Source of the DNA: Elusimicrobiota bacterium
GTDB lineage: Bacteria; Elusimicrobiota; Elusimicrobia; UBA1565
Length of the DNA: 64,000 bases
Assembly: GCA_043819795.1 (NCBI GenBank)
Contig: JBDREN010000126.1
Location: forward strand, 1-64,000
Direction of reading: 5' to 3'
Part shown: positions 20,910 to 31,140 of the stretch, piece after piece
Numbering within the stretch: the first letter of the stretch is position 1
Layout: every line of letters starts with the position of its first letter
Notes under the pieces: generated by a model
Told to the model about the DNA's origin: nothing
What the model saw: only the letters and a program-made list of their open reading frames with translations
The model's database searches: none
Program-made: the position numbers and the translations under genes

Positions 20910-22075
20910 CGGGCCGGGACGTAGAGGTCCCTCCGCTCCCTCAAGGCGTCCAGGACCGCGTCCGCGTACAGGGCGAAGCTGTAGTCTTTCGCCGTGTGGG
21001 ATTTGGTCATGACGCCGCAGAGCCTGCCGTACGCGTCCACGAGCGGCCCGCCGCTGCTGCCCGAAGCGGTCGTCGCGTCGGTCTGCAGGTAGTCGTCACG
21101 CAGGGCGGAGACGACCCCCGCGGTGAAGGAGTGCTTGAGCCCCATGGGGCTGCCCAAAGCGTAGACGGGCTGCCCGACCTCCATCTCCCCCCTTAACGAC
21201 AAGGGCAGGGGCCGCGCGGGCCGATCCGCCCAGTCCACGGAGAGGATCGCCAGGTCGTGCTTCCGGGAGTGGAAGTCGAGCCGGGCGTCGAGGCCCGGCC
21301 CGGAGCGCCGCTGGACGCGGTAGCCGATGCGCCGCCCCCGCTTGACGCGCTTGTAGACCACGTGCTTGTTCGTCAGCACGTAGGCGACGCCGGCGCGGTC
21401 CAGGCCGATGACGGAGCCGGAGCCGCCGCCGATCTCCTTGCCGTCCACCAGCACGTCGACGGTGACGACGCTGTCGCGCGCCAGCCGGTACACCCACTCC
21501 GCCTCGTGAGCGGCCGGCAAGCCTTCGCGCCCGGGCCCCGGCGGGGCGATAAGAATCTCCCGGGCGGTGCTCGACTCCTCGGGATATTCCGTCCCCGGCT
21601 GCGCGCCGAGATACGCCAGGCCGGCGAGAACCGCCGCGCAGACTCCCAGGCCCAGGATCGGCTTCCAGCGGATCACCTTCACCTTCTCGAAGCGGGCGAG
21701 ACGCGCCAGGCGCGCCCAGTACTCCCAGAGCCCGATCCCGCACGCCTTGCGCAGGCGGCCGAGGAACCGGAAATCGGGCTTCTGCAGGGCTCTGTCGCTC
21801 TTGAGGACGGCCAGGCATTCCTCGAAGACGCGGCGCTTGCCCTCTTCGTCGAGAGATTCGATCTCGGACAAGACGATGGCCGGCTTGACCTCCTTGAGAG
21901 CCTCCCTGCGCAGGAGCTGCCTCTCGGCCTCGTCGCCGCCCAACTGCTCGATGAGCCCCAAGAGGTGCCGCCGCTCGTCCGCCGACATCGCCTGGTCCGA
22001 CCAGACCGCGGCCAGGCACGCCCGGAACACGAGGACCTTGAACTGGGCATCTCCCGCGACCCGCATCCGATTCAT
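20906..22075 (-). CDS. TerB-like domain + TM + trypsin-like serine protease
   Basis: AAVWSDQAMSADER N-terminus; TM; TNKHVV, HDLAIL, GSSGGPL triad; ATGA coupling to the ABC-F stop. Confidence 0.78.
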   Translation of the reverse strand: MNRMRVAGDAQFKVLVFRACLAAVWSDQAMSADERRHLLGLIEQLGGDEAERQLLRREALKEVKPAIVLSEIESLDEEGKRRVFEECLAVLKSDRALQKPDFRFLGRLRKACGIGLWEYWARLARLARFEKVKVIRWKPILGLGVCAAVLAGLAYLGAQPGTEYPEESSTAREILIAPPGPGREGLPAAHEAEWVYRLARDSVVTVDVLVDGKEIGGGSGSVIGLDRAGVAYVLTNKHVVYKRVKRGRRIGYRVQRRSGPGLDARLDFHSRKHDLAILSVDWADRPARPLPLSLRGEMEVGQPVYALGSPMGLKHSFTAGVVSALRDDYLQTDATTASGSSGGPLVDAYGRLCGVMTKSHTAKDYSFALYADAVLDALRERRDLYVPAR

Positions 22076-23838
22076 CCCTCCCGCTCCAGCTCCTTCCACT
22101 TGGCCTGGATCTCGCTCTGCAGGGCCTCCATCTCGCCTCCGATGGCGCGGACCTTGGCGTAATCGCCGTATATGGCCGGGTCCGCCAGGTCCCGGGCAAG
22201 GTCGTCGAGCCTGGACTGAGCCTTCTCTATCCGCTTGCGCAGGCGCTCGGCGCCGCGGGCTCTCTCCCGTTCGGACGCGCGCAGACGCCTCTCTTCCGCT
22301 TTCGAAACGCCCTTCTTCTTATGGGGCTCCGGGGAAGGCGTCGCGACGGCCTCGGCGGCCTTCTGCCCCTGGCGCCTCAGGAAGTACTCGTAGTTGCCCG
22401 GGAAGACAGTGATGTTCCCCTGGTCGACGTGCACGATGTGATCGGCCAGCGTGTTGATGAAGTAGAGATCGTGCGTAATGAAACAGATGGTGCCCTCGAA
22501 CGCCTTGAGGGCGCCGATCAATGCCTCCACGCTGGGCATGTCGAGGTGGGTGGTGGGCTCGTCCATAAGAAGGACGTTGGGGGGATCCAGCAGCAGCTTG
22601 ACCAAGGCCAGCCGGCTCTTCTCCCCGCCGCTCAGGACCGACACCCTCTTGAAGACCGCGTCCCCCGGGAAGAGGAAGGTCCCCAGGACCGTGCGGACGA
22701 ACTCCTCGGAATGCGCCTTGCCCGCTTTCGCCGCCTCCTCGAGCACGGTCTTCTCCGAGTCCAGCTGCCCGTCCCGATGCTGGGAGAAGTAGCCGGTCTT
22801 GACTTCCATGCCCAGCACGCGCTCGCCCGCGTCCACGGGCAGGACCCCGGCGAGGACCTTCAGGAGAGTGGACTTGCCCGCCCCGTTGTGCCCCACGAAG
22901 GCCATCTTCCAGCCGCGCTCCAGCTCGAAATCAACGCCTCGGTACACCTTGACTTCGCCATAGGACTTGTGGACGTCCTTGAGCTGAAGCACGCGCACGC
23001 CCGCGCGGGAGGGCTGCGGAAAACGGATCTTGACCTCTTTCCCGTCGGGCGGGAGCTCGATGCGCTCGATCTTCTCCAGGCGCTTGATCATGCTCTGCGC
23101 GCGGCTGGCCGTGGACGCGCGCGCGCGGTTGCGGTCGATGAAGTCCTGCATGTGCGCAATCTCGTCTTGCTGGCGCTTGTGCGCGGCCAAAAGGCGCTCC
23201 TTCTCGGCCTCCCGCTCGGCCACGTAGGCCTCGTAGTCGCCGCGGTAGACCTTGAGCCCGTGGTCCTGCACGCTCACCACGGCGCGGCATACCGCGTTGA
23301 TGAAGCTGCGGTCGTGGGAGATCACGAAGATCGCGCCCCGGTAGCCCCGCAGGTATTCCTGGAGCCACAGAAGCGCCTCGAGGTCCAGATGGTTGGTGGG
23401 CTCGTCGAGCAGAAGCAGGTCCGGCTCCTGGATGAGCAGGCGCGCCATGGCCACGCGCATGGCCCAGCCGCCGCTCAGAGAGCTGAGCTTCCGCTCGAAC
23501 TCTTCGACGCTAAAGCCCAGCCCCATGAGCACCGACTTGGCCTTGGCCACGACCCGGCCGTCCGGGCACGGGAAAGAATCCAGGGCCTCGTCGAGCACCG
23601 CGCGCTCGGAGACCGGGGCGTTCTCCTGAGGGAGGTAGCCCGCGACCACCCCCCTCTTGACCTGGATCTCGCCCCCGTCGGGCTCGACCTCGCCGAGGAG
23701 CATCCTAAACAAAGTGGACTTGCCCGAGCCGTTGGGCCCCACCAGGGCGTAGCGGTCCCGCGCGTTGATCTGCAGCGAGACCCCGTCGAAGAGCTCCTGC
23801 CTGGCGAAAGACTTGTGTACCTCGCGGACCGTGATCAT
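22072..23838 (-). CDS. ABC-F family ATPase
   Basis: Two NBDs (GPNGSGKST/LSGG/DEPTNHLD; GHNGAGKST/LSGGE/DEPTTHLD), no TM, C-terminal coiled coil. Confidence 0.93.
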   Translation of the reverse strand: MITVREVHKSFARQELFDGVSLQINARDRYALVGPNGSGKSTLFRMLLGEVEPDGGEIQVKRGVVAGYLPQENAPVSERAVLDEALDSFPCPDGRVVAKAKSVLMGLGFSVEEFERKLSSLSGGWAMRVAMARLLIQEPDLLLLDEPTNHLDLEALLWLQEYLRGYRGAIFVISHDRSFINAVCRAVVSVQDHGLKVYRGDYEAYVAEREAEKERLLAAHKRQQDEIAHMQDFIDRNRARASTASRAQSMIKRLEKIERIELPPDGKEVKIRFPQPSRAGVRVLQLKDVHKSYGEVKVYRGVDFELERGWKMAFVGHNGAGKSTLLKVLAGVLPVDAGERVLGMEVKTGYFSQHRDGQLDSEKTVLEEAAKAGKAHSEEFVRTVLGTFLFPGDAVFKRVSVLSGGEKSRLALVKLLLDPPNVLLMDEPTTHLDMPSVEALIGALKAFEGTICFITHDLYFINTLADHIVHVDQGNITVFPGNYEYFLRRQGQKAAEAVATPSPEPHKKKGVSKAEERRLRASERERARGAERLRKRIEKAQSRLDDLARDLADPAIYGDYAKVRAIGGEMEALQSEIQAKWKELEREG

Positions 23839-24157
23839 AGGGATCGGACAGCGGCGCCGGCCGTCCTAATCATGCGCGGCGGGAGAAACGCGCCTCGGAT
23901 ATCCCGCCGTGCGCGCCGGCCTGTAGATGGTATTAAATTGGCCGGCTCCTTCGACCGCCGGGAGACCGCCTTTCCATAACGCCAGAAGGACACTATGATA
24001 TGTCGGTCATGACGGGACAGGAAGGCGGCAGCGCGTCCAGGAGCGTGCCCGGACATCTCTGCGGGAAAAGATCGAGCGGCTCGAAACGCGGTAGGCGTCC
24101 GCGTGCCTCTTGCGAAGAGGTCCCCCGCACAACGACTCGGACGCGCCCTTAGGCGGG

Positions 24158-25099
24158 CTACTTCAAGTTTCTCTTGATCTCCTGGATCAGCGGCCGCACG
24201 GTCTTCTCCAGCTTGGGGGCCAGCTCGACGGCCTTGAGCGCGTCGTCGAGCGCGGCTTGGTAGTCCTGCGTCCAATAGCGGGCCCCGGCCCGCGTCGCGT
24301 AGATCTCGGCCTGTCCGGGGTTCAGGGCGATGGCGTGATCGAGGTCTTTGATCGCTTCCTTATAGCGCCCGAGAGCGGACAAGCACACCCCGCGGTTGCC
24401 GTAGACGCCGGGCACGTCCGGGTCCGATCCTATGGCTTGGTCCAAATGCCGGAGGCAGTCGTCGAATCGCTGGCGCAGGAGGGCGACCGAAGCCAGTTCC
24501 GCGTGGGCCAAGGCGTTCTTGGGGTCCAGCTTGAGCGCCGTCTCGAGGTCTTTGCCCGCGCCGTCCGCTTCCTTGGCCTCGATCCTCTGCTGCCCCCTCT
24601 TTAGGAAAGCTTTGCCCAGGGCCTTCCCGAGCAGGGGCTTGAGCGCGGGCTCCCGATCCATGGCCGCCGCGTAGTCCTGAAGGGCCTTCTCGAGTTCCCC
24701 GAGACCGAGGAAGGCCGTGCCGCGGTTGGCGAGAGCGCGCGGGTTGTCCGGCACATGCCCAAGGGAATCGTCGAAACGGCGGACAGCTTCATCATATCGC
24801 AGTTCGCGGAGCAGGTCCAACCCCTGGCCGTCCAACCGGTTGACCTCGGAGGGCAGCGCCCGGGCTCCGGCCGCCGGCTCCACGTCCAAGACCTTGAGCA
24901 GCCTGTAGCCGTCCTCCTCTCCGCGGGGGGCCTCCTGCCTTAGAACGGCGACCTTGAGCTCGTCGGAAGACAAGGTCCGCGAGCTCCATACCCACAACAA
25001 CGCCAAGCCGGCCGCCGCGAGCAGCGCCGCGGCCGCCCAAACGTGGGCGGTACGGACCGCCCCGCTCTCGCCTCGCGGATATCCTAGATTGATGCCCAT
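24158..25099 (-). CDS. Membrane-anchored TPR protein
   Basis: N-terminal TM; repeated A..NRG......G..E.A..D...A...P units. Confidence 0.82.
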   Translation of the reverse strand: MGINLGYPRGESGAVRTAHVWAAAALLAAAGLALLWVWSSRTLSSDELKVAVLRQEAPRGEEDGYRLLKVLDVEPAAGARALPSEVNRLDGQGLDLLRELRYDEAVRRFDDSLGHVPDNPRALANRGTAFLGLGELEKALQDYAAAMDREPALKPLLGKALGKAFLKRGQQRIEAKEADGAGKDLETALKLDPKNALAHAELASVALLRQRFDDCLRHLDQAIGSDPDVPGVYGNRGVCLSALGRYKEAIKDLDHAIALNPGQAEIYATRAGARYWTQDYQAALDDALKAVELAPKLEKTVRPLIQEIKRNLK

Positions 25100-25232
25100 C
25101 GCAGCCTATGTAAGCAAATTCTCCCTTCCAAGAGACAGCCGCGAGACCGGCCCGCCCGCGGCGCCGGTGGTTCTCTTGGCGCGTCTCTTTTACGTATCAT
25201 GTGCTGGCGCGGACATCTCCGGAGGGCCATCC

Positions 25233-26903
25233 ATGAGACTCGTCGAATGCGTACCCAATTTCAGCGAAGGCCGGGACAGAAAGGTGATCGACGCGATCGC
25301 GGACGCCATCCGGTCCGTCCCCGGGGTGAGGGTGCTCGACGTCGATCCGGGAGCCGCCACCAACCGGACCGTCTACACGTTCGCCGGCCCTCCCGAAGAA
25401 ACGCTTGAGGCGGCCTTCTCGGCCATCCGCGCGGGCGCGGAGCTCATCGACATGCGCCGGCACAAGGGGGAGCACGCCCGCCAGGGCGCGTGCGACGTCT
25501 GTCCCTTCGTCCCGATCTCCGGGGTCACGATGGCCGAGTGCGTGGAGCTGGCCAAGCGCCTCGGCGCGCGCGTCGGGAGTGAGCTCAAGATCCCCGTCTA
25601 CCTCTACGCCGAAGCCGCGGCCAAGCCCGAGCGCAGACGCCTGCCCGACATCAGGACCGGGGAGTACGAGGCCCTGAAGGAGAAGCTCGCCAAGCCCGAG
25701 TGGAAGCCCGACTTCGGGCCCGCGGAACTCAACGCCAAGGCGGGGGCGACCGCCATCGGAGCCCGCAACTTCCTGATCGCCTACAACGTCAACATCAACA
25801 GCACCAGCGTGAAGCTGGCCAAGAGGATCGCCTTCGAGATCCGGGAGACGGGCAAGCTCAAGCGCGACGCCGAGGGGAACCAGGTCATCGGACCCGACGG
25901 GAAGCCGGAGCGGGTGCCGGGCATATTCAAGAGCGTCCAGGGCACGGGCTGGCTCATCCCGGAGTACAACCGGGCCCAGGTGACGGTCAACATACTCGAC
26001 ATCGACGCCTCGCCCCCGCACAAGGTGTTCGACGCCTGCCGCGAGCTGGCGGCCACGCTCGGCTGCCGCGTCACCGGAAGCGAGATCGTGGGCATGGTCC
26101 CAAAGCGGGTGCTCACGGAGGCCGGCCGCTACTTCCTCAAGAAGCAGGACTCCACCACCGGTGTCTCAGAGGACGAAATCATCCGCGCCGCCGTCATGTC
26201 CCTCGGGCTCGCCGACGTGGCGCCATTCGACCCTATGAAAAAGATCATCGAGAACAGGTTCCAGGAGGAGGCGCCTCTCGCCTCCATGACGCTCAAGGCG
26301 TTCGCCGACGAGCTCGCCTCCAAGTCGCCCGCCCCGGGCGGAGGCTCGGCCGCCGCCCTGGCGGGCGCGCTCGCCGCGGGGCTCGCCTCCATGGTGGCCG
26401 CGCTTACCTTCGACAAAAAGGGCTTCGAAGGTGTCCGCGGAGACATGGCGCGCGTCGGCGATCGGTCGCAGGAGCTCAAGGACCTGCTCGTGGCCGCGAT
26501 CGACCGCGACGCGGCCGCGTTCAACAAGGTCATGGAATGCATGGGGCTCCCCAAGAATACCCCCGACCAGCAGGCCGCCCGCCGGAAGGCGGTCCAAGAA
26601 GCCTCCAAGCAGGCCACCCTCGTGCCTCTCGATACCCTAGCGAGCGTCCTCCCCATCCTGGAATGCGCGAAGACCGCCGCCGAGAAGGGCAACCCGAGCT
26701 CCCTCTCCGACGCGGGGGTGGCGGCATCCATGGGCCGCGCCGCCGCTTACGGCGCGTACTCCAACGTGATCATCAACCTGGCCGGCATCGAGGACGAGAA
26801 GTGGCGCGACGAGGTCCGCTCCAAGGCCGACAAGCTTCTCGCCGAAGCCAAGCGCGAGGCCGAGAATATAGAGGAAGGCGTCCTCGCTAAGCTCCGCTCC
26901 TGA
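25233..26903 (+). CDS. ftcD: Glutamate formiminotransferase/cyclodeaminase
   Basis: MRLVECVPNFSEGR; HKGEHAR.GA.DVCPFVP; SKSPAPGGGS; SDAGVA. Confidence 0.93.
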   Translation: MRLVECVPNFSEGRDRKVIDAIADAIRSVPGVRVLDVDPGAATNRTVYTFAGPPEETLEAAFSAIRAGAELIDMRRHKGEHARQGACDVCPFVPISGVTMAECVELAKRLGARVGSELKIPVYLYAEAAAKPERRRLPDIRTGEYEALKEKLAKPEWKPDFGPAELNAKAGATAIGARNFLIAYNVNINSTSVKLAKRIAFEIRETGKLKRDAEGNQVIGPDGKPERVPGIFKSVQGTGWLIPEYNRAQVTVNILDIDASPPHKVFDACRELAATLGCRVTGSEIVGMVPKRVLTEAGRYFLKKQDSTTGVSEDEIIRAAVMSLGLADVAPFDPMKKIIENRFQEEAPLASMTLKAFADELASKSPAPGGGSAAALAGALAAGLASMVAALTFDKKGFEGVRGDMARVGDRSQELKDLLVAAIDRDAAAFNKVMECMGLPKNTPDQQAARRKAVQEASKQATLVPLDTLASVLPILECAKTAAEKGNPSSLSDAGVAASMGRAAAYGAYSNVIINLAGIEDEKWRDEVRSKADKLLAEAKREAENIEEGVLAKLRS

Positions 26904-27029
26904 GCCGCCGGGGGAGCCTTTTTATCTCAAGACCGATACGATGAGACCGCGGTCATATCGGACGTGACACGCCGGTTCATCGAGAGCAAAGACCGGCGGG
27001 CCGTGCCCCCTGCTCCAGGAGACCCGCCG

Positions 27030-28211
27030 TCAGCCCGACACGATCTCTCCCGAGGCCGGCTCCGCGGCGGGCGCCGAAGGCACGCACTTGACGGTCCCCA
27101 GGCGCGTGGTCACGGTCGCGCCCAGGCCCAGCAGGATGCCGGCCGAGATCAGCATCAGGTTGGTCAGGATGAAGACCAGGCCGATCATGGCGAACAAGCC
27201 GCCCGGCACGATCAGGAACCTGCCCACGATGAAGAGCGCGTTGAGCAGCGCGAACCCCGCCGCCACGCTGAGCGGACCCGAAGGCATGGGGCGCTTGAGC
27301 CCGGCATAGAGCCTCTGCGCAAGGACTCGGCTGAAACCGGCCAGGCTCATCAGGACAGCCACGAAGAGCGCCAGGAACGCCAGAGGTATGACCGGGATCC
27401 CGATGATGGAGACCGCCAGGAATACCAGCGCCGGCACGAACCCCACCGCCACCAGGAGGCCGAACCCCGCCGAGCGCCAGAAGTCGGTCTTGATGGCCTC
27501 CGCCACCCTCTCGACCGGCTCGCCCGCGAGCAACGTCACCAGCGTCAGGATCCCCCCAAGGCCCGCCAGCGCGAACAGGAAGAAGGCGAAGCCCACGGCC
27601 GAGCCCACGGCGGAGCGCTCTCGGCGGTGATGGCGGATTGGTTCGTCATCGCTCTCATCGTCATCGGACCAGGACGTACGCTCGAGCGTCTTGAGCTTCT
27701 CCGCGACGGTCGGGATCAGGCCCACCAAGCCGAGCTTTAGGTTCGTGACGTCCCCTTTGACGGTCGCGCCCTCGGCCCGCTCGATCTTCCCCCCCAGCAC
27801 CGCGACCTCGCCGTAGACCGCGGCCGAGGAGAGCAGCGTGAGCCTCCCGCCCAAGGCGACCGCGTCTCCCGTCACGGTCCCGTCCAGCTCGATGTCTCCG
27901 CCGATGGCGACCAAGTCCCCCCTCACCTGGCCGGAAACGGAAGAGTCTCCCCCCAACGCAACGACGTCTCCGTTCACCTCGCCGCGGACCGTGACCGAGC
28001 TCCCGAAAACGACCACGTCCGCGTTCACCGTGCCGTCCACGACGACGGGCCCCTTGGTCGCGATGTCGCGGTTTCGCGTCTCGCCCGCCGGCACGTGTAC
28101 CGCCTCGCGCGACAGCTTCCGGTTCCGCCGCGCGCCGGCCGTCGCGGGAAGCGATAGGGCGAGCGCGCACAAGATGAGGATCCAGCTCCTGGAAACGAGC
28201 GTCTTGTTCAT
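27030..28211 (-). CDS. Exported bactofilin-like (polymer-forming) repeat protein with C-terminal TM domain
   Basis: Signal peptide; repeated G.V.GD.VA.GG units; about 5 C-terminal TM; overlaps the anti-sigma stop. Confidence 0.78.
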   Translation of the reverse strand: MNKTLVSRSWILILCALALSLPATAGARRNRKLSREAVHVPAGETRNRDIATKGPVVVDGTVNADVVVFGSSVTVRGEVNGDVVALGGDSSVSGQVRGDLVAIGGDIELDGTVTGDAVALGGRLTLLSSAAVYGEVAVLGGKIERAEGATVKGDVTNLKLGLVGLIPTVAEKLKTLERTSWSDDDESDDEPIRHHRRERSAVGSAVGFAFFLFALAGLGGILTLVTLLAGEPVERVAEAIKTDFWRSAGFGLLVAVGFVPALVFLAVSIIGIPVIPLAFLALFVAVLMSLAGFSRVLAQRLYAGLKRPMPSGPLSVAAGFALLNALFIVGRFLIVPGGLFAMIGLVFILTNLMLISAGILLGLGATVTTRLGTVKCVPSAPAAEPASGEIVSG

Positions 28212-28810
28212 AGCGATCTCCTTGACGAGTGGGTTGAGAGTCCGGAAGATCCGCGCCCGAAGAGCGCGCTCAGCATGCTCCCCGAGAGCATCGCGGCCGC
28301 CGCCATCGGCAGGAATATCCGATGCCCGTTCAAAGCCAACAGCAAAACGCGTCCCACCTTCCCCGCGAGGGCCAGGACGTCCCACGCGGCCAGGACCGTA
28401 GTCGCAAGCGCCGCCGTCATGATATGCGGGAGTTCCGCCGGCGCGGGCAAGGCCTCGACCCATCCCCTGGCATCGGCCGGGTCGAAGAACCAGGCCGCGA
28501 CGAGGACCGCGGCAGCCGCCCAGCCCGCCAAGCCGCAGCCGAGCGCCGCGGCCGAGCGGAAGACCCAGCGGGGCGCGGGGCGCGATTCAATGGCCGGTCC
28601 CAAAGCCTCCAGGACCTTCCGGTCGAACCCGGCGGTGGGGCTCGAAAGAGGCGCCTCGACGACGAGCGCGACGGCCTCGGCGAGCAGGCGCCGCTCCTCG
28701 GCGCAGACGGGACACGCCTCGCAGTGGCGGCGGAGCGCGGCTTCATTGTCGGACGAGAGCGGCCCGTCGAGCCTCTCGTTCATCAGGGTCCCGGCCTTTT
28801 CGCAGTCCAT
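28208..28810 (-). CDS. Zinc-binding anti-sigma factor (zf-HC2)
   Basis: MDC......LDG.L...HCEACPVC, followed by TM helices. Confidence 0.85.
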   Translation of the reverse strand: MDCEKAGTLMNERLDGPLSSDNEAALRRHCEACPVCAEERRLLAEAVALVVEAPLSSPTAGFDRKVLEALGPAIESRPAPRWVFRSAAALGCGLAGWAAAAVLVAAWFFDPADARGWVEALPAPAELPHIMTAALATTVLAAWDVLALAGKVGRVLLLALNGHRIFLPMAAAAMLSGSMLSALFGRGSSGLSTHSSRRSL

Positions 28811-28823
28811 TCCCTTTCCGCTC

Positions 28824-29402
28824 CTATCCAGGATTACGCGGGTCCCGGCTTTGAGGTTGCATCCGCCGGAGCCGCTCTTTCATCATCTCGCGCGCCCGGA
28901 ACAGCCGGGCCTTGACCGTGCCGGCGGGGGCCTGAATCACCCGGGCGATCTCGGCCACCTCCATCCCCTCCTTATGCCGCAGGAGCAGGGCTTCCTTATA
29001 AATAGGCGGCAGCCCGGCCAGCAGACGGTCCGCGAGCGCCGCCTCCAGCCGGGCCTCCACGGCCTCCTCCACGGGCTTGGCCCCGTCCTCGAGGCGCAGC
29101 GGGTCGTCCTCGTCGTCGAGCGAGACGACTTCCACCCGGCGCCGCCTTTTGAAATCGATGACCGTATTGTGCGCGATCCGGAACAGCCAAGTGATGAAGG
29201 GCCTGGAGGGGTCGTAGGACGCGAGATGCCTGAACGCCTTGAGGAACGTCTCCTGGGAGAGGTCCTCGGCGTCGGCCTGGTTTCGGACGAGACGCAAAAC
29301 GAAGCTGAAGATGCGGTCCCGGTAGCGTTCGAGCAGCCGCTGGAACCCGGAGGCGTCCCGCGCGAGGCAGGCGCGGACCAGGCTCAGGTCATCGTCGCGC
29401 AT
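28824..29402 (-). CDS. ECF RNA polymerase sigma factor (SigW-like)
   Basis: AEDLSQETFLKAF, F.TWLFRIAHN, EIA......GTVKARLFRAR. Confidence 0.92.
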   Translation of the reverse strand: MRDDDLSLVRACLARDASGFQRLLERYRDRIFSFVLRLVRNQADAEDLSQETFLKAFRHLASYDPSRPFITWLFRIAHNTVIDFKRRRRVEVVSLDDEDDPLRLEDGAKPVEEAVEARLEAALADRLLAGLPPIYKEALLLRHKEGMEVAEIARVIQAPAGTVKARLFRAREMMKERLRRMQPQSRDPRNPG

Positions 29403-29529
29403 CGCGCCGTAACCAGCGCCGCAAGCTCGCCTTGCGGTGCTTACTCCTTCGCGTTATCAAGAACTCCGTACCAAGAATGCCTTTGCCCTCCCGCTTCCGG
29501 AGCATGCGACGCATGGTCGCATCAGGGAA

Positions 29530-29556
29530 TACGCGGGAAGGCGCTTCCGGGTTGCG
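29530..29556 (-). promoter_or_regulatory. Putative autoregulatory ECF promoter
   Basis: Minus strand GCAAC-17 nt-CGTA upstream of the sigma gene; AAC/CGT is the usual ECF pattern. Confidence 0.45.
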
Positions 29557-29585
29557 GAGATTCTACAACAAGCGGGGGGCGGCCT

Positions 29586-30134
29586 CTATCCGCGGGGCCG
29601 TAGATTGGCGAACACGGTCCCCGTCAGGAAGATGTGGGGCCAGGCGGCGATGGCTTGGACGCGGGTGTGGAAAAGGGTGAACAAGAGCGAGGTCCCCAGA
29701 ACCGCGGCTCTGGGGCCGGCCCTCCTGAGCAATCCGCTCAGCAGGATCCCCCGGAAGAGGTATTCCTCGAACGCTCCGACGAGCAGACAGGCCGCGATCC
29801 CGGCCGCCCGCTCCCGCCCGGGCCAAGGAGCGCCCGTCGCCTGGGTCATAAACACGCCCCACAGGGCCAGGACGAGCGCGGCGTGGGCCAGACAGCGGCG
29901 CGCGGGCATCCCGGAGATGTCGAAGGGATCGCGGCGTCCGGTCCGGAAGTCGATATAGAGGAGCAGCGCCAAGGCGGCGCCGCGGACCCAGTTCCCCCAC
30001 ATGAACAGGGCGAACCAGGCATCGACGTCGACTATGGGGACCCAGCGGTTGAGAGCGACGCCGAACGCCATGTAGCCGCCCAGAAGGACCACGGCGAAAG
30101 AGAAGCCGACATCATGCTTGGACGGACGGGGCAT
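29586..30134 (-). CDS. CPBP (CAAX/Abi) intramembrane metalloprotease, possibly C-terminally truncated
   Basis: EEYLFRG and FTLFH motifs present; the final HxxxN motif is absent before the stop. Confidence 0.65.
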   Translation of the reverse strand: MPRPSKHDVGFSFAVVLLGGYMAFGVALNRWVPIVDVDAWFALFMWGNWVRGAALALLLYIDFRTGRRDPFDISGMPARRCLAHAALVLALWGVFMTQATGAPWPGRERAAGIAACLLVGAFEEYLFRGILLSGLLRRAGPRAAVLGTSLLFTLFHTRVQAIAAWPHIFLTGTVFANLRPRG

Positions 30135-30176
30135 AGGCCTCGAAAGGATAGCCCCCAACGCCTCAGCGCGCCCGCT

Positions 30177-31139
30177 TCAGGAGCTTACGGCCCCGGCCAA
30201 TTCCTCGTCGGCGATGCGCCGGGCCTCGGCGATCAGGTCGGGCGGGGGCAGGTGCTCGAGCGCCTTGACGGCGCTCTCGAGCTGGGCCTCGCTCTTGACG
30301 CCGCAGATGGCGGTGCTGGCCTCCGGGTGGCCGAGCACGAAGCCGAGGGCCAGCTCCCGGGCGGCGAAGCCGCGGGCCTTGAGCAGCTCGTTGATGCGGT
30401 CCATCGCGCGCATCTTCCCCTCGGAGGCCCAGCCCTCAAGCGTGGAGCGGAAGTCCACCTCGTCGAACTTCCTGGCGCGGCCGACCGTGCCGCTCAGGAT
30501 GCCCTTGTCGAAGGGGCCGTAGCTCATGTGGCCGAGGCCCTCCTCCCGGACAAAGGGAAAAAGCTCGGCCGCGGCCCGCGTGTTGAAGAGGTTGAATTCG
30601 GTCTGGAGGGCGTCGATCCGCTCGACCTCCATGGCGCGCCGGATCTCGCCCTCGTCGTAGAAGTTCGAGAGCCCGATCGCTCGGATCTTGCCGGCCCGCT
30701 TCGCCTCCGCGAGGACCTCCATGGTCCCGCGGACATCCACGCCCTTGTCGGGCCAGTGGATGAAATAGAGGTCTATGTACTCCGTGCGGAGGTCGCGGAG
30801 CGAGCCCTCGAGCATCCTGCGGACGGTATCGGGGCTGTTGTCCAGGCGCATCCTCCCGGCGTCGTCCCAGGCCACGCCGCACTTGGAGACCAGGAAGACC
30901 TTCTCCCGCGCGCCCGCGAAGGCCTCCCCGATCCGCTTCTCCGAGACGCCGAACCCGTAGACGGGAGCGGTATCGAAGAGGTTGACCCCCCGATCGAAGG
31001 CCGCTCTGAGCAGAGCGATGGCCTCTTTCTCCCCGATATGGCCGAAACCGTAGCCCCCGCCCTCCCCGCTGACCGAGGCGGCCCCGAAGGATATCTCCGA
31101 GACCCCGGCGCCGACGCGCCCGAAAGCCCTCTTCTTCAC
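30177..31139 (-). CDS. Aldo/keto reductase
   Basis: FDTAPVYG, SL..LRTEYIDLYFIHWPD, GKIRAIGLSN. Confidence 0.92.
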   Translation of the reverse strand: MKKRAFGRVGAGVSEISFGAASVSGEGGGYGFGHIGEKEAIALLRAAFDRGVNLFDTAPVYGFGVSEKRIGEAFAGAREKVFLVSKCGVAWDDAGRMRLDNSPDTVRRMLEGSLRDLRTEYIDLYFIHWPDKGVDVRGTMEVLAEAKRAGKIRAIGLSNFYDEGEIRRAMEVERIDALQTEFNLFNTRAAAELFPFVREEGLGHMSYGPFDKGILSGTVGRARKFDEVDFRSTLEGWASEGKMRAMDRINELLKARGFAARELALGFVLGHPEASTAICGVKSEAQLESAVKALEHLPPPDLIAEARRIADEELAGAVSS

Positions 31140-31140
31140 G

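Noticed and set aside
23839..24157. Small gene or ncRNA in the ABC-F/TPR gap
   Set aside because: No convincing start, RBS or known RNA motif.
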